Shown here one piece after another: positions 39,081 to 53,831 of a stretch of DNA of 64,000 bases. This stretch comes from Octopus vulgaris (taxonomy: Eukaryota), in the NCBI GenBank assembly GCA_951406725.2, contig OX597814.1, forward strand, positions 117,242,001 through 117,306,000. The letters are read 5' to 3'. Below the pieces are notes generated by a model. It did no database searches, was not told where the DNA came from, and worked only from the letters and a program-made list of their open reading frames with translations. The translations under genes were made by a program, and so were the position numbers. The number at the start of each line of letters is the position of its first letter. Positions within the stretch are counted from its first letter, which is position 1.

Positions 39081-41216
39081 ATACGTACATACATACATAT
39101 ATACGTACGTACATACATACTCAGAAAGGAGTACAAATGATATAATGGAGTTAGGTGATATAACTATGTCTGTATCAATTTTGTGTAATGAATCAACATT
39201 AATCAATATTTTGTACTCATAATCGAAGTATATTTCTACATATGCTGTTCGCACAGTCAGGAATTCTACAGAAGATTCATACTTTTGGGATAATGAAAAA
39301 TTTAAGATTTCATTAGACAGTTCTAATGACATAATTTAGATCTCCTATACGAAGCCCATATTTTCGAGTGGCGAGTAATTAAGGGAGAGAAGAATAGCAA
39401 TAGTTGAGTAAATTTACCCTTAATTTCTTGAAAAATATTCGTTGATAATCATTGAATTTTCAGTAGAAGAATCAGAAGATTGCCTCTAACAAGTGCATTT
39501 TTCACTTAGTCGGGTGGTTTATTGATATGAATAGCATTAGGGGTTCACTTATACAGAGGAGTATTACATCATGAACTGTTTCCTAAGAAACAAAGAGACA
39601 GGTATGGTTCCAGGTGGAGCTTCGTCACGTTTAATACAGTTTATGATGGCAAAGTAATTTATCCTGAGCTTAATTCTCCCTTGCACTTCGTTTCATGGGA
39701 GTGTGCTAAAAGGTTGTATGTAGCTTACTTGGCGATGTTAAAAAGGATGTTTTCTAGGTAGAAATATACTTATCGGTATGTTCCTTAAGAAATTGCGATA
39801 TTTACTTCTGTAAGTGAAGTGGTGTTCTTGAATGAGGAACGAATATTCCCTATCTTTGAAATTAGAAAATTTACTCTAAGCAGAGGATTGACTCAAGTTA
39901 TGATCCTCATCATAGCACTATTTATTATTACCAGTTGTGCACTATAACTTATTCCTAATATCACTTCTTGCTAATACCGCATAGTAATGGGTGTCAGTTC
40001 TGTGGTGTCCGATTCATTTTTGCATAAGTAGTTTCTTCATTTGACATTGTGGTTGAATATAACTTGCTTCTATCTTTAGGTCTAAAGCAATACACAACAC
40101 ACATGGCTAAATTTACAATGGCCGATATCCAGAAACTCGAGTCCGCGTGTATCGTAGATTGAAGACGGGAAGGATGGCATCCCTTTGCAAATACTGATAG
40201 AGCACAGAAAGTGTGTCAATAGCCAGCTGGAGGAGGTGTCCTCCTGGGGCTAAAAGCTACAGCAGCATCTACCCTTAGGGGTTAGCCACACACTTCACTA
40301 TGTGTTGCAGCTACTGTTTACACCTCGCTCAGAGACTTATATGTTAATTATGTTTTAGATAAACTAATTTAAAATTCACATTCTTTCTTTCCTATCCTTC
40401 CTAAATATATCCTTGGTGTGACCGTCGCATCATTACAAACCTGAGATGTACAGAAACATAGATCAATGAAACCCGGCTCACGAAATTTTTGTCACCACAA
40501 TCCCTCCCCCATATAGAAGTAGAACCATAGTCCACTTTCTTATTTTTGTTGCTAAGGAGCTTCCTACTTTGGAAAATTACAGTGATTTTCTAGTAAAATA
40601 CATACAGCAAAAAGTACATACTAATATATTTGTAGTGGTATCATCACCGTATAAAAGTAGGCGAATAAATAGGCAGTTATTTTTTCGTAATACAGCGTAA
40701 CCACTTCGATTACCCAATTACTAGAATGATATCATACTTAATAGTGTTAAGAATACGCTTGATTACTCACAATGTTCCACGATTGATGTTTTAAGTACCG
40801 ACCGGTTTGGTTTGGGATGGTAATTAGTTCTATAGAATATCTACTACTTTATGATGAAGAGCCCCTGGAGCATATCCGTACAAGTTTCCTCTCTAAACAG
40901 TATAGCTGATTCCTGGCATTCGCTGTTATTATGTTGCAATGTCAGTTTAACTGCATGTTCTGATAATGCAATTATCAACATGTTGATTTTTGCATTATTC
41001 GTATATATTCTCCTTTCAATTTCTATCAGAAGATTGGCCGAAATATTTATGAAGTCGTTGAAGTTTTGTCGAAGCCTTATTACATTAATCTGGCCTGCCC
41101 TAACAATCCGATTTGACTGGCAGATACAGCAGTAAGAATATGGAAGGGCGAAATTGTTGCAAGAAAAGGAAGAATAAGGATTACAAAATAAGGAATGTTT
41201 AGTCCGATATATTTCT

Positions 41217-41446
41217 ATTTCTTTACTACTCACAAGGGGCTAAATACAGAGAGGACAAACAAGGACATACAAACGGATAAAGTCGATTACCACGACCCCA
41301 GTGCGTAACTGGTACTTAATTTATCGACCCGAAAGGATGAAAGGCAAAGTCGACCTCGGTGGAATTTGAACTCAGAACGTAACGGCAGACGAAATACGGC
41401 TACGCATTTTGCCCGGCGTGCTAACGTTTCTGCCGGCTCGCTGCCT
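41217..41446 (-). mobile_element. tRNA-derived SINE, family A
   Basis: Homology to 9000-9230; TSD tttagtccgatat(a/g)tttct at 41198-41216 and 41447-41465. Confidence 0.92.
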
Positions 41447-41850
41447 TTTAGTCCGATATGTTTCTTAATACTGGAAGAGCCTGTCAATCATCGTCATTAA
41501 TAACACAAAAAAAAAAAACTTTTTGAAAGCAGAATGAACAAAGTGTGCAGTGTAATGTAAAACAATATTTAGTGTATCTAAATGAAATAAAACGATTGTT
41601 TGTCGCTTAACATCTTTAATTGAAATACGAAAATTCTTTTAAGATTGCAGAGTGTCTCCATCCATATATAAATAAACAAATATATGCTTTTGGTTCGAAT
41701 GGTTTTGTTATACGACGCCGTATTTTACAATTCTGTAAATAATAATAATGGCATTTTTTTTATATAAAGCAATAACCGGGCAATGACTAAGGAAAATAGT
41801 CTCATAACGAGGCATATAAGTCCTCGACAGAAAAACAAGAAGGCTTTCCT

Positions 41851-41920
41851 CTCCGCGTTAGAATCGAACCCACATCCCTTTGTTAACGCGACTAAACGTG
41901 TAAACTTTACACCAGCGAAT
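41851..41920 (-). pseudogene. Degenerate tRNA-like sequence (SINE head or tRNA pseudogene)
   Basis: TGGTGTAAAG A-box-like and GGTTCGATTCT B-box-like motifs, partial acceptor pairing ttcgc/gcgga; anticodon arm does not fold convincingly. Confidence 0.35.
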
Positions 41921-42139
41921 TAGCCTCCCTGCGTCTGTTAAATTTAAGAAATGTATTTCTTCGTATTTGTTTTATGCAAACAAAGTTTTTATATGCTTCC
42001 AGTGCGAAAATTCCCACTACACACAGACACTCACACGCACACTCATATACACACGCGCACACACACATTTATCTATAAGAATAAATTCTTATAAAGTTAT
42101 GTGTATGTATGTATCTATGTATGTATGTATGTATGTTTG

Positions 42140-42181
<42 letters not shown>

Positions 42182-44168
42182 TATATACGTGTGTATTTAG
42201 TAGCAAGTTAGGAACACGTAGTGTTTATAAAGTCAGCGAAGCCACAACTAACAGAGCACAGATAAATCAAGATGAATTATATAAATAATAATAGCTGAAT
42301 TCAAGTATGTGAATTTAATACTTACAATTTAGAACTTTGTCTAGAACGTAACTGTTACAAGAAATCACTTTGATTGACAGCCTAGTCTAATATAATAGTA
42401 ATATCTATTATTACTGCTATGTTGAATCAAAGTTTTGCAGCTAAATTTGAAATTTATTGTGATAAGAACCGCTGACGCAAGAAAAAGTCTAAAAACATTT
42501 GGTGCCTTTCCTTTAAATATTTATGTAATTTGGGTGTCATCTTTTATAGTTATGTAATTTACATTATATACATCTACAGTGAATATTGTGAAGTCTAATT
42601 AGGTTTAAATCAGAAAATGAAGGCAGTACATCAAGAAACGTATCTCTTTTATTTGTCGCAAAAGCTAAATAGATTTAGTCATTCATAAATATCTGTTTTC
42701 TGTTCCCTCACCGTCTGTATTATATCTGTTTTGTTTAAATTATTTGAAGTATTAAATAACTGAGTGATCAACTTATATGTTGTTTCCCATGAGAATCTTG
42801 TGATTGAGGTAGTCAATTTTATTATTTCAAAATAAATATAAATAACTTACTGATCCGACAAAGTCTATAATTCATCGAGTCCTTAGAGTTCTGTCTAATG
42901 TTATTTGCCATTTCTGTTTATTTATTAATCTAAAGAGACCTGAAAAATCAACAAGAAATATATCTGAAGAATAGACAGAGACAAAACTGAAGTTCTTCGA
43001 ATTTAATGTACATATACATCCCCACAAATATCACATACAAGAATTTCCTGAGATGAAAGAAATATCATTTAAGTCTTCTTTCCCGTGTTTTGTGAACTCA
43101 GTCACGTATGGATAAGCGAAACATTCTATCTAGCTGTCAGAATACAACTGATAGTTGAGCCCGAATATTTTTTCATTGATGGCACATACACACGGAGTCA
43201 AATTTATATATATAATTAATATACGCGGTACTGCATGCAAAGTGTGTCTAATTGAAAATGTTAAGAGTTCTCATGTTAACTTGCAATTTCATAAATGAGA
43301 GAGAATAGGCCGTCTTCTGTTGCCTGTATTTCTAACAAGAGGAAAACAGCTGGCAAACCGGTTTATAAAACCCCCGTGGAGCAGAAATTCTCGAAATATG
43401 TCATATAACATTTTTCTTAAAAATTATTTTCAATTTCAATTTCTTCTATCACAATCCTTTAGTCTCGTAATCCCACCATTAGACAACCATATCTGAAGAA
43501 ACTTCTTTACTTCGTGTCAGTCGGCAATATTCCCAGGTTTTTACTAGGATGCATCGGGTGCTCCACTTTTGTCTTCTGCTGTCTCCTCTCGAAGCACAAA
43601 ACATTCCGCTCATAGAAACCCCAAGGGGTTTTCATTAGAGCAAACATCTATATCTGTCTAGGATCATCAATCAGAAACTCACAGAACCAAATCAACTGCA
43701 CTGGAGAGAATTTCCTAAATTTGAGTGGTTATGCTCACATCGTCAACATATGAGTAGATTCAAAAGAATGATTAGTCTATGGATGGTTTGTTCGGAAAAC
43801 TTGAATTATTAGAAATATATACATGTGTTTGTGTAAGTGTGTGTGTGTTTGAATGTGTGTGTAATACGTCTGTATGTGTCTCCCTCCCTATCTATGCCTT
43901 AACCACTTTCTTACTTCCGGTCTCTTCAACATGCAAAGGGATTAATCTAGCAAATTTTTCTCCCCCTTTTTTTCCCCTCTCTTCATTCCTTTTAGCAGAA
44001 GAGCGAAGACTCGAAATGTGAAAGACCTCTTCCAATTATCCAGAGCCTCAAACTAATACTTCTTATTTGTTCTTCTTTCACCCGTATCTGTCTTTTGACT
44101 TTTCTTTACGCATAAGTTTGGGCCATATATATAAATATATGTGTGTATGTGTATGTATCAAGAAATAC

Positions 44169-44201
<33 letters not shown>

Positions 44202-44602
44202 GAGATACGAGAGACAGAGAGAGACGGAGAGAAAAAGAGGGAGAGAGATTGAGGTGTATCAAATGATAGGCAGCATAAATATTTGATTCATGAAAATTAT
44301 CTCCTCCTTTAGATGATATATCCTAACTGACACGCCATTCAAAACATGGGTGACAAGTATTTCTAGCTCTGTTGTGTAACGAAACTATAGTATTAGTTAA
44401 GTGGAGTTACACAGAAAGAATTGTAACCAAAACTCAGCTCATGACATATTTCATCATCGTCGTAATAATCATCTTCATCATCGTATTCGTAATCACCATT
44501 ATCATAATCTATATGCAAGTATGTGTTTGTGTGTGTGGAAGAGTGTGTGTAAGTGTGTGTATGTGTGGGTGTGTATATATGCACGTATACACACATATAT
44601 GC

Positions 44603-44654
<52 letters not shown>

Positions 44655-44655
<1 letters not shown>

Positions 44656-44972
44656 GTCTTCTACTATAGCGTCGGGCCGACCAAAGCCTTGTGAGTGGAT
44701 TTGGTAGACGGAAACTGAAAGAAGCCTGTCGTATATATGTATATATGTATGAGTACGTGTGTTTGTGTATCTGTGTTTGTCCCACCAGCATCGCTCGACA
44801 ACCGATGGTGGTGTGTGTACGTCCCTGTAACTTAGCGGTTTGGCAAAAGGGTCTTATAGAATAAGTACAAAACTTCCAAAGAATAAGTCCTGGGGACGAT
44901 TTGCTTGGCTAAATGGTGGTGCTCCAGCATGGCCGCAGTCAAATGACTGAAACAAGTAAAAAAAACAAAGAG
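44655..44972 (+). mobile_element. SINE family B, 5'-truncated
   Basis: Homology to 52085-52505. Confidence 0.88.
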
Positions 44973-45608
44973 TATACATGCACGTGCATGGATTTGCTGG
45001 TGTGCTCGTATATATATATCGACCTTTTGTATTACAAACGGATGATGCAGAAAGCAGAAAAGCAGCATGGAAAACAATGCGATAGATGCATTTGTCTGTA
45101 GATATATAATTTTATCACCTGAACAAACTACACGACTTGGCGATCTACAGTTTTATTCCCATTTTTTTTTCAAAATCTGTATCTGAATAAATATGCAATC
45201 ATGCATTTAATCATATTTATAGCGATGCAGGCGTTTACTGGAATATTTTCTTACATATTTCTTTTTTCAAAATTTCCATTCCAGTTCTTATTTATTTCAC
45301 TTATTTCATTTTACCCTCACCATTTCACACACTCTCTGTTACAAACGTTTCACACTGCCTAAGAACCATTTGTTCTTATCGCTTCCCCACAGATATATTT
45401 TAATATATAAATCACTTGCCGTACCTCCTCTCCTCTCTAACGAGTGATACTTAAGATATATACTCCATTTTATTTTCGTCAACACTTTTCCCTATTTTCT
45501 CGCCTACATATCCATATTAATGGCATTTTACCACCGTTCTTATATATAGATATATGAATTATGTATTATATATGTATATGTATATTATAAAATATACATG
45601 TATGTAAT

Positions 45609-45664
<56 letters not shown>

Positions 45665-46371
45665 GCATGCATCTATACATGTGTACACACATATGCATAC
45701 ACACACAAACACACACATACATGTATAAGCACGTATACCCACTTATCTTTGAGAATAGAAGTTATAAACAGCGTTAATGCCTAAATGCATATTTGCACAT
45801 AAAAATCTTGATTTTTCATATCTTCGCATACATTTTGATATGTATCCCAAAATACAATGTAAATCAAATAATAACTTGAAACAATACCTTAGTTAAGAGG
45901 TTCTCTATGATATTCTGTGATTTTAATTTCAGCTCTATTGCTCAGCACCTTGGTACATTGTGTTCTCTTTCCTGGGCTTCACCAACAGATCACTGGTAAA
46001 ATTTGATAGGTAATCTTTGTATACAAAATCCCGCCATATGTGCGTGGGGTTTCCGAGCTTGCATTCGTGTCTGTTGAATCGTATACTTCTTTAAGTCTAC
46101 AGTGGTTCGATAAATACATATTGACAAAACAAGAAATGGAGTTAAAATGAACTCTGTTTACTAAGTAACCGGCTAAACCACTGAACGGTAAGATAATACA
46201 GTATCAGCTTTTCCGTTATAATTTATTTTACATTGACGAACTGAGATCGGTAATTATTCGCTTCACGTTGAAAAAGCAGAAATGTATGTATAAACATATA
46301 CATGTACCAATGATCATACATACACATAGAGGCACATATGCACAAACACACACACACATTTGTATACATAC

Positions 46372-46589
46372 ACGAGGGATACTAAATAGTTCCTGGTTTT
46401 AGGGGTATCATGAAAGGCCTGACTGGCAGCCCAAACCTGCCAATTCTTTTACAGGCCTTAAGAAAATGAAGTTCTGCTGAAATAAGAGTGTAAATCTGAG
46501 AGAAGAATATACTGAATAAAATCATAATTAACTGATCTTCTTGTGTTTCCTTTTTGCCGAAAGCCAGGCACTTTCATCAGACCCTTCTA
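46372..46589 (+). mobile_element. Non-autonomous mariner derivative
   Basis: Degenerate TIRs (acgaggg...agttcctggtttt / aaagccaggcactt...ccctt) around a remnant reading NKSVNLREEYTE*, like the mariner transposase C-terminus. Confidence 0.55.
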
Positions 46590-46834
46590 TGCAAAGAGAT
46601 TGATATGAAACAATAAACACGAATGGCGTTTAAATTGGATTTGGTGCTTGCATATCGTGAACTCTGTGTTGAAACCTAGCCATTTCCGGGTATCTTACGT
46701 GCTAATAAGCCATGATTCTAAAGAGATCCATGTAACGAATTTCCTGTCTTGCGCACATACACATACACACACACACACACATATACATGCACTCATATAC
46801 ACATATATATATACATAGGGTTGTATGTATATAG

Positions 46835-46870
<36 letters not shown>

Positions 46871-47039
46871 ATCTGTGTGCGTATAAATGCGTACAATCTC
46901 TCTTTCTAATACGCTATCTTGACAACACATCTATTTCAAAAATGATTTTTTTCATATTTCTTTTTTAGGTTATACCTAATCTTTAGAAGTATAATATTTT
47001 GAAATCGCTTTCAATTATGTTTCCAGAGTATTACAAATC

Positions 47040-48870
47040 TCTACCTGGTAGCTCCTTCATTAGTAAATGACAATTAAACTAAGGTCATGCACTATCGGAT
47101 CCCAGAATGGGTAAGTATGTTAGAACACAACGTGGCAGGCTATCATCTTAAGCACATGATTGGGAAGTGCATGAAACGACGGGATAAAACTGCTGACCAA
47201 CATTGGTTTGTACAAAGACTAGAACATGGATGGCAGAAAATTTATGATTTGGAAGTGTAGGAAGGAGAAACTAAAAATGTGAATATTTTGAAGCTCATTT
47301 TAACTGCAAAACATCAATAATATTGTTCATTCTATTCACACATGACTTTCACAGGTATAATATGATTGTAGTCTGATACTGCAAAGCAAACATTCTATAA
47401 CACATAACGCAATAAATTCTTATAAAAATATACGATGTAGTACACACTGATTATGAAAGCCATAGACTGTGTGTCCCTAGAATGAGTTGTGATAGGGATA
47501 CACTAACCCTCGAAAATCATTTTCATACCCTGATCCCGACGTACAAGGCATAATGTTTCCAATGACATCTTGTTAATTGTTGTTTTATAAATATTAACCA
47601 ATCGTTTATATGCGTAACAAGAAACTGAATTAGATATCTAACATTTAAAGTAAAATCTTAATCCAGCATCAACAACGCACCGTCGTATGATATATCCGTC
47701 CAACATGACTAATGGTACAACTATGTCTTTGCCAAAAAACAGTACACCTGGGTATTGATAGAAAAACAGAAGACTATAAACAGTATACCGACGTCACCAC
47801 CCCAAAGCAGACTGAATATACTTACTCCACTCAGAAGGAAACCGTAGCTCAACACCGATAACTTCTATAAAATAACAACCGTTGGGTTACAAAAGTGTTT
47901 AGAATCAAAAAGTGAAAGTCTACTTCATAAAGTAAGATTAGTAACAGATGACATCATTGCAGAAATGGTCGAAGAAGCAAAAATCAAAAGGAAAGCAGAA
48001 CTACAAAATATACTAAAGAATAAATGAAGAGAAAATTCACTCCACGGCCAATACTCTGCAAGGCTTGATAGAAACGAAATGAGCCTCAATAAAATTCAAC
48101 AATGGCTGAAAAGCTCTGGACTAGAAGCTGAAACGCAAGGCCTGATTCTGGCAGCACAATACCACAAAAAACTATAAAATAAAACTAATGAAAAAAAAAA
48201 AGGTCCTGATGCCAAATGCAGAATGTGCAACCTCCACACTGTCCACACTGAGACATTTGACCACATTATCTCTGGTTGTCAGCCCTTGCAAAATCTGAAT
48301 ACATACACACACATGACCGAGAAGGTAGGCATATTCACTAGACAATATGTCAAAACTGCTACATAAAATCTAGCAAGAAATGGTATAAACATATGCCAAA
48401 CAAGGTACATAACATCGACCAGGGTATACCTGGTGAAACTAACAAAAAAATTGCCTGGACATAATAATCAAGGATTAAAAAACACTTCGGGCTCTGGCAA
48501 GCCCGAAGGCTGCACCAGGCCAGTCAGATCTGGCTGGCCTGGTGCAGCCTTCGGGCTTGCCAGAGCCCAGTTGAACCGTCCAACTCATGCTAGCATGTAA
48601 AGCGGACGTTAAACGATGATAATGATCACCTGCTTATTGTTAGGCATTGCAGTCGCTTCTGCCTCAAAAGAAGTGGATAAATTGTCAAAGTACAAAGACT
48701 TCGAAATTTAAGTATTCAAGACGTAGGTTATGAAGGTGAAAACAATACCAGTAATAATTAGAAAACTGGTTATGATAAAAAAAAAAAACATATGATAAAA
48801 AATGTAGAAGCTTTACTTGGACTCTTAATACTACACGCTATCTAAAAATAGTCCTGGCTAAGAAGGAATA
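47040..48870 (+). mobile_element. R4/Dong-like LINE, heavily decayed
   Basis: HHPKAD; WLKSSGLEAETQGLILAAQ; KCRMC..ETFDHIISGC..HD..KKWYKH; KEVDKLSKYKD; interrupted at 48484-48627. Confidence 0.75.
48484..48627 (+). mobile_element. Short retroposed 3' end (RTE-type tail) with fold-back palindrome
   Basis: 80-bp palindrome 48489-48568, then gaaccgtcc...ggacgttaaacgatgataatgat tail. Confidence 0.6.
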
Positions 48871-48899
48871 TATCCACAGACATGATAGATTTGTGACCT

Positions 48900-49440
48900 A
48901 TGTGCATTTGTAGTTATGCCAACACTATGGGGATGACAACAGAGAAAAGCTCTCAGCAAATGACAAAGCAACCATAGTCTGGGATATGGCAATACACACA
49001 AATAGAGAAATCAATGATAAAAGACCAGATATAGGTGTGAGAGATCATCAAGAAAAACAAATGCCGTCCAATCGATGTACCAATGCCAACAGATGACAGT
49101 GTATCTTTAAAAGAAGCGGAGAAACTCTCGAAATACAAAGATCTGGAAATAGAGATAACCCAAATGTGGGGCCTGAAAACAGAAACAACCCCTATAATAA
49201 TAGGTGCAGTAAGTATGATTAAAAAAAACATTCAGATAAATAGATAGCCAAAACACCAGGACGAAGGAAAATATATAACAGAAAATATAATACTACTAGG
49301 CAACATATATCTCATTTGTGAAGCACTTTTAAAACAGTGAAAATAACAGCAACCAACAAACCACGGCACATATCCTAAACACACATAGCTGCGTTCGATA
49401 CTTTAGTAAAAGCACGTGTTAAAAATAATCTTACGGAACA
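48900..49440 (+). mobile_element. R4/Dong-like LINE 3' fragment (RLE domain)
   Basis: ATIVWDMAIHTNREINDKRPDI...IDV...KEAEKLSKYKDLEIEITQMW...PIIIGA (PD..D..K type). Confidence 0.85.
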
Positions 49441-52084
49441 ATGAGGTGGATGATGATGATAAAGAGGACAACGACGATGATGATGATAAACTACGCCTTC
49501 GCAAATTCACATACAACGCTCAACAGGCTTTTACAATCTTGTATTACATCCTACACTTTATGGACCCTCCCACATGCTCATACACACAAATGGAAAGACA
49601 GGCCGCTGAATTGCATCGTAAGATACGCAGTATTTCTAATTGGATACTGTATAACCTTGGCCAATAAATTACATTATTAATGCGGTATTGCAAGGAAAAC
49701 TTTACGCACGCAAAAGTAACACGGAGAGAAAAAAATGTTGTTTCCGCCCATGAGATTGATAATTAAACTAATGGTGGTTTGACTGTTATGCTACTACAGT
49801 TGATGTGCATCATGCTAAATCCATAAGCCAAAGTTATTTTAGCAGCAACGATTGTAAGTAATAAAATCGTAATCAAAATTCAGAAATGAAACCTTTACGA
49901 GAATACATTTATAATCACTACAGAGCATAAATAAACCAATTGGTATTAGGAAATTTGGAGGATTGTTAGAGTATTGACAAAATAGTTTTCAGGTATGGGT
50001 CTCTTTACTCTCTCGATAATCCGCTCAAAATAATCCAACGTATTTTTCCCTTTATAATCTGGAGACAATAATGTAAAGTAATGTTCGCCAAAAGAAAACA
50101 GTCGTTGTTCGATGCAATCGAACTTAGTATATAGTTCGGAGTTTACCTGTTGGGATGAAATGCAAAAATGGTGTGGTGTTTCGAACTCAGAACGTAAAAA
50201 GTAGAAACAAATTTAGCAAGATATAGTTTGCTGATTGTTTCTAAAAGAAGCTCAAGACTCGGGATACTTTTCGTGAGGAAGGCGGCGAACTGGCAGTAAC
50301 GCGCGCACGCTTCCGGTGTTTGTAAGTCATTTTTAATGTAATTTTCAAAATGTTTAGCCCCCTGTGAGCAATAAAGAAATAAATAAATACTTTTCGAGGG
50401 GATCATGTCACTCGATAGATTCGCCCCCGCCCTATATTTGGCGTCTATATTCCCAACCTGGAAGTGATGAATGATAAGGTGGGACACGACGTGATTTGAA
50501 ATCTAGACGTACTTCGCCTCAAGAAATAACAATGTATTTTGCCTGGCGCTCTCAAGATTCTACGAAACAAAATCTTACGCAAGTAAAAGTACAAAGGAAA
50601 ATGAAAATATGTATCAAATATTCGAGAAGAGTAAATTCGATTATATCGACCCGCCTACTTGAATAATATTTGACCTACAGAGGTTGATATGTAAAATTAC
50701 TTCGGCATAATTTGAACGCATAACAGCAACAGACAGTCTGTCCAAAATTTGAATGATCTGCCCACCCACGTAATAATACTATGCGTAATTATGATGTGTA
50801 GTCGTTGTAGTACAAGTCCGGTTAACAATCATGAAAATAATTCGTATTAAAACCCGTCTTAATTAACCTCATAGAAATCCATGCATGATTTATATGAGAT
50901 GTTTGTCTGTGTCTTCGTGTGTATTCATTCTATGAATGTGTGAAAGAATTTTATAAAAAAACATGTTTCTGAAATTTTTAATTCACTCATCTAAGACATG
51001 AGTACATCACTCTAAGTGACCTTGTCAGTGATCTTAAAAAATATTCTAGAACAAAAGTATCATTGAACAGTTCGTCAGTATATTGACAGAGAGAGTTATT
51101 GAATGCACATTGAATGAGGTGAACTCCTCTCAACGTTCAGCAATATTTTCTGTCATAAATCTTTCTTCCAATTTTGATTTGAAAAAGGTGGTGTGGAGGT
51201 GACATCGAAATTTCAAATCTAATTTTGCTCTAATTATTAAGATTCCAATAAAGATTGCTTCAATTTCAGATTTAATTAAAATTTATCTCCCTTACCGATT
51301 GCGCCTCACAGATGCAGTGATAAATTATTTTTAGATATTCTCACAGTTTCTTAAAATTGTTGTTGTAAATGTAATAATTGGGGGTCATATGTTAAAAGTA
51401 CCTGAGGATTTACAATTTCTCAATTTGACTTTCTTGTGACAACTTGTTTTTTTTTTACTTCACCTACATAATTTATAATAATTTCAGCAATATTGAATTG
51501 ATTTCCATTCCCGGGTATTCCTATTTCGAATATTTATTTTAAATTAACACACTTTTCTCGTTTATTGTTTATTATATTTGTGATGTTAATGAAGACACTA
51601 CGCTGTGCATCAAACTCCATGAAGGATATGTAGGAGATATAATAGATGGTACAGCAACACGCAATGTTTTAACATTTTTCCTCTTATAAAAAAAAAACAA
51701 AAAAAAAAAACACATTGCTATATCGTAATTTGCTATAAGAAATCCTTTCACAATTTTCTCCTATTCGTACTAAAGTAGTTAAGATAGTATGCATTTTGAA
51801 ATAAGCCTTCATTAACCTTTTCATAATTTTTTATCTTAAAATTCCGTCTGCCAGTCTACTCCTCTCACGTCTTTTTCCTGTTGTATGCTAACATTATTAT
51901 CTATAATTTTCAATACATTTGGCACATACAGCGTATTTATCATTTATGAAACAACTTTTCCAAAATACTGCAAAATACATATAAAACATCCGATGAAATA
52001 ATTGTTTTTAATGCTAAATTATAAGGTAATTACGCGCTCTTTATAATATTTATTTATATTTTTGATTAGTATAACAGTATAATA

Positions 52085-52255
52085 GGCACAGGAGTGGCTG
52101 TGCGGTAAGTAGCTTGTTTACCAACCACATGTTTCCGGGTTCAGTCCCACTGCGTGGCACCTTGGGCAAGTGACTTCTACTATAGCCTCGGGCCGACCAA
52201 AGCCTTGTGAGTGGATTTGGTAGACGGAAACTGAAAGAATCCCGTCGTATATATG

Positions 52256-52288
<33 letters not shown>

Positions 52289-52505
52289 ATGGTTCTGTGT
52301 CTGTGTTTGTCCCCCTAGCATTGCTTGACAACCGATGCTGGTGTGTTTATGTCCCCGTTACTTAGCGGTTCAGCAAAACAGACCGATAAAATAAGTACTG
52401 GGCTTACAAAAGAATAAGTCCCGGGGTCGAGTTGCTCGATTAAAGGCGGTGCTCCAGCATGGCCGCAGTCAAATGACTGAAACAAGTAAAAGAGTGTAAA
52501 AGAGT
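52085..52505 (+). mobile_element. SINE family B, full length
   Basis: tRNA-like head, internal (TA)n(GT)n, LINE-like tail ending gtaaaagag repeats. Confidence 0.92.
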
Positions 52506-52809
52506 ATAACAAAGTACAGAACATTTACTCATGACTCCATTATAATTAATAACAATTGTCAGCAACATACTTTCTCATACAAATGTAACTGGCTTATATC
52601 GGTAAAACATTTCGTCCAGTATTACGTTCAACGTATTTCTAAAAAGCCGGTCAAGTAATATCTCTGCCAGTAAAGATACATGGATATGAAGCAACTTACA
52701 AAAAATAGACAACAGAGTAAACAGTAAAATAAGTTTCCAAGATTATTATTAGTTATCAGTCAAACACATATATTTACAATCATATGAAGACAAAATCGTC
52801 TGAAACTGA

Positions 52810-53011
52810 AGGCGGCGAGCTGGCAGAAACATTACCACGCCGGGCGAACTGTTTAGCGGTATTCCGTCTGCCGTTACGTTCTGAGTTCAAATTCCGCTGA
52901 GGTCGATAAATTAGGTACCAGTTACGCACTGGAGTCGATGTAATCGACTTAATCCGTGTGTCTGTCCTTGTTTGTCCCCTGTATGTTTAGCACCTTGTTG
53001 GTAATATAGAA
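52810..53011 (+). mobile_element. SINE family A with internal deletion
   Basis: Homology to 9000-9230, with deletion between two ggtcga motifs. Confidence 0.88.
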
Positions 53012-53153
53012 TTGAGAAACGTTGGAAAGCAAGACAAATTACTTAGTGGTATTTCATCGTATTTCAAGGTCTGAGACCGTTCTTTGCCTTTCGGCTTGTG
53101 AAGAGTGTCAGTCAGTTTCCTATTTATACATTTACTATTCAAACTCATTGTAA

Positions 53154-53469
53154 AGGCGCCTGGCTTAGTTGATAGGGCATTCGCCTAACGATTGTAAGGT
53201 CGTGAGTTCAATTCCCAGCGACGCGCTGCGTCCTTCAGCAAGGTACTTTATTTCACATTGCTCCAGTCCACTCAGCTGACAAAAATGAATTGTATCTGTA
53301 TTTCAAAGGGCTGGGCTAGTCACACTCTGCGTCAATTGAATCTCCCTGAGAACTACGTTAGGGTTACGCGTGACTGTGGAATGCTCGGACACTTGCACGT
53401 TAATTTCACGAGCAGGCTGTACCGTTGATCGTATCAGCTGGGACCATCGTCGTGACCGACGGAGTGCTC
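53154..53469 (+). mobile_element. tRNA-derived SINE, family D
   Basis: tRNA-like head with GAGTTCAATTCC; perfect 19-bp TSD ctattcaaactcattgtaa at 53135-53153 and 53470-53488. Confidence 0.9.
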
Positions 53470-53632
53470 CTATTCAAACTCATTGTAATGAAAATAGACA
53501 GGTACTGTTATAGTGTCCTTTTCGAATATAATTTTTGTTATCTATTCAGAATTATTTAATCAGTAAACATTTAGTATTTGACACACGAAAATCATGGTAT
53601 ACTTCATCATTATACAACTATCAGCAATATAA

Positions 53633-53831
53633 GCGAAATACTTAGCAGTATTTCGTCTGCCGTTACGTTCTGAGTTCAAATTCCGCCGAGGTCACCTTTG
53701 CCTTTCATCCTTTCGGGGTTGATAAATTAAGTACCAGTTACGCACTGGGGTCGATCTAATCGACTTAATCTCTTTATCTGTCCTTGCATGTTCCCTCTAT
53801 GTTTAGCCCCTTGTGGGCAATAAAGAAATAA
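53633..53831 (+). mobile_element. SINE family A, 5'-truncated
   Basis: Homology to 9000-9230. Confidence 0.88.

Noticed and set aside
37601-41233. ORFs of 94-172 aa in less repetitive DNA as host exons
   Set aside because: No recognisable domains or splice-supported structure; 39100-40100 may be a very old PLE remnant but I could not support it.
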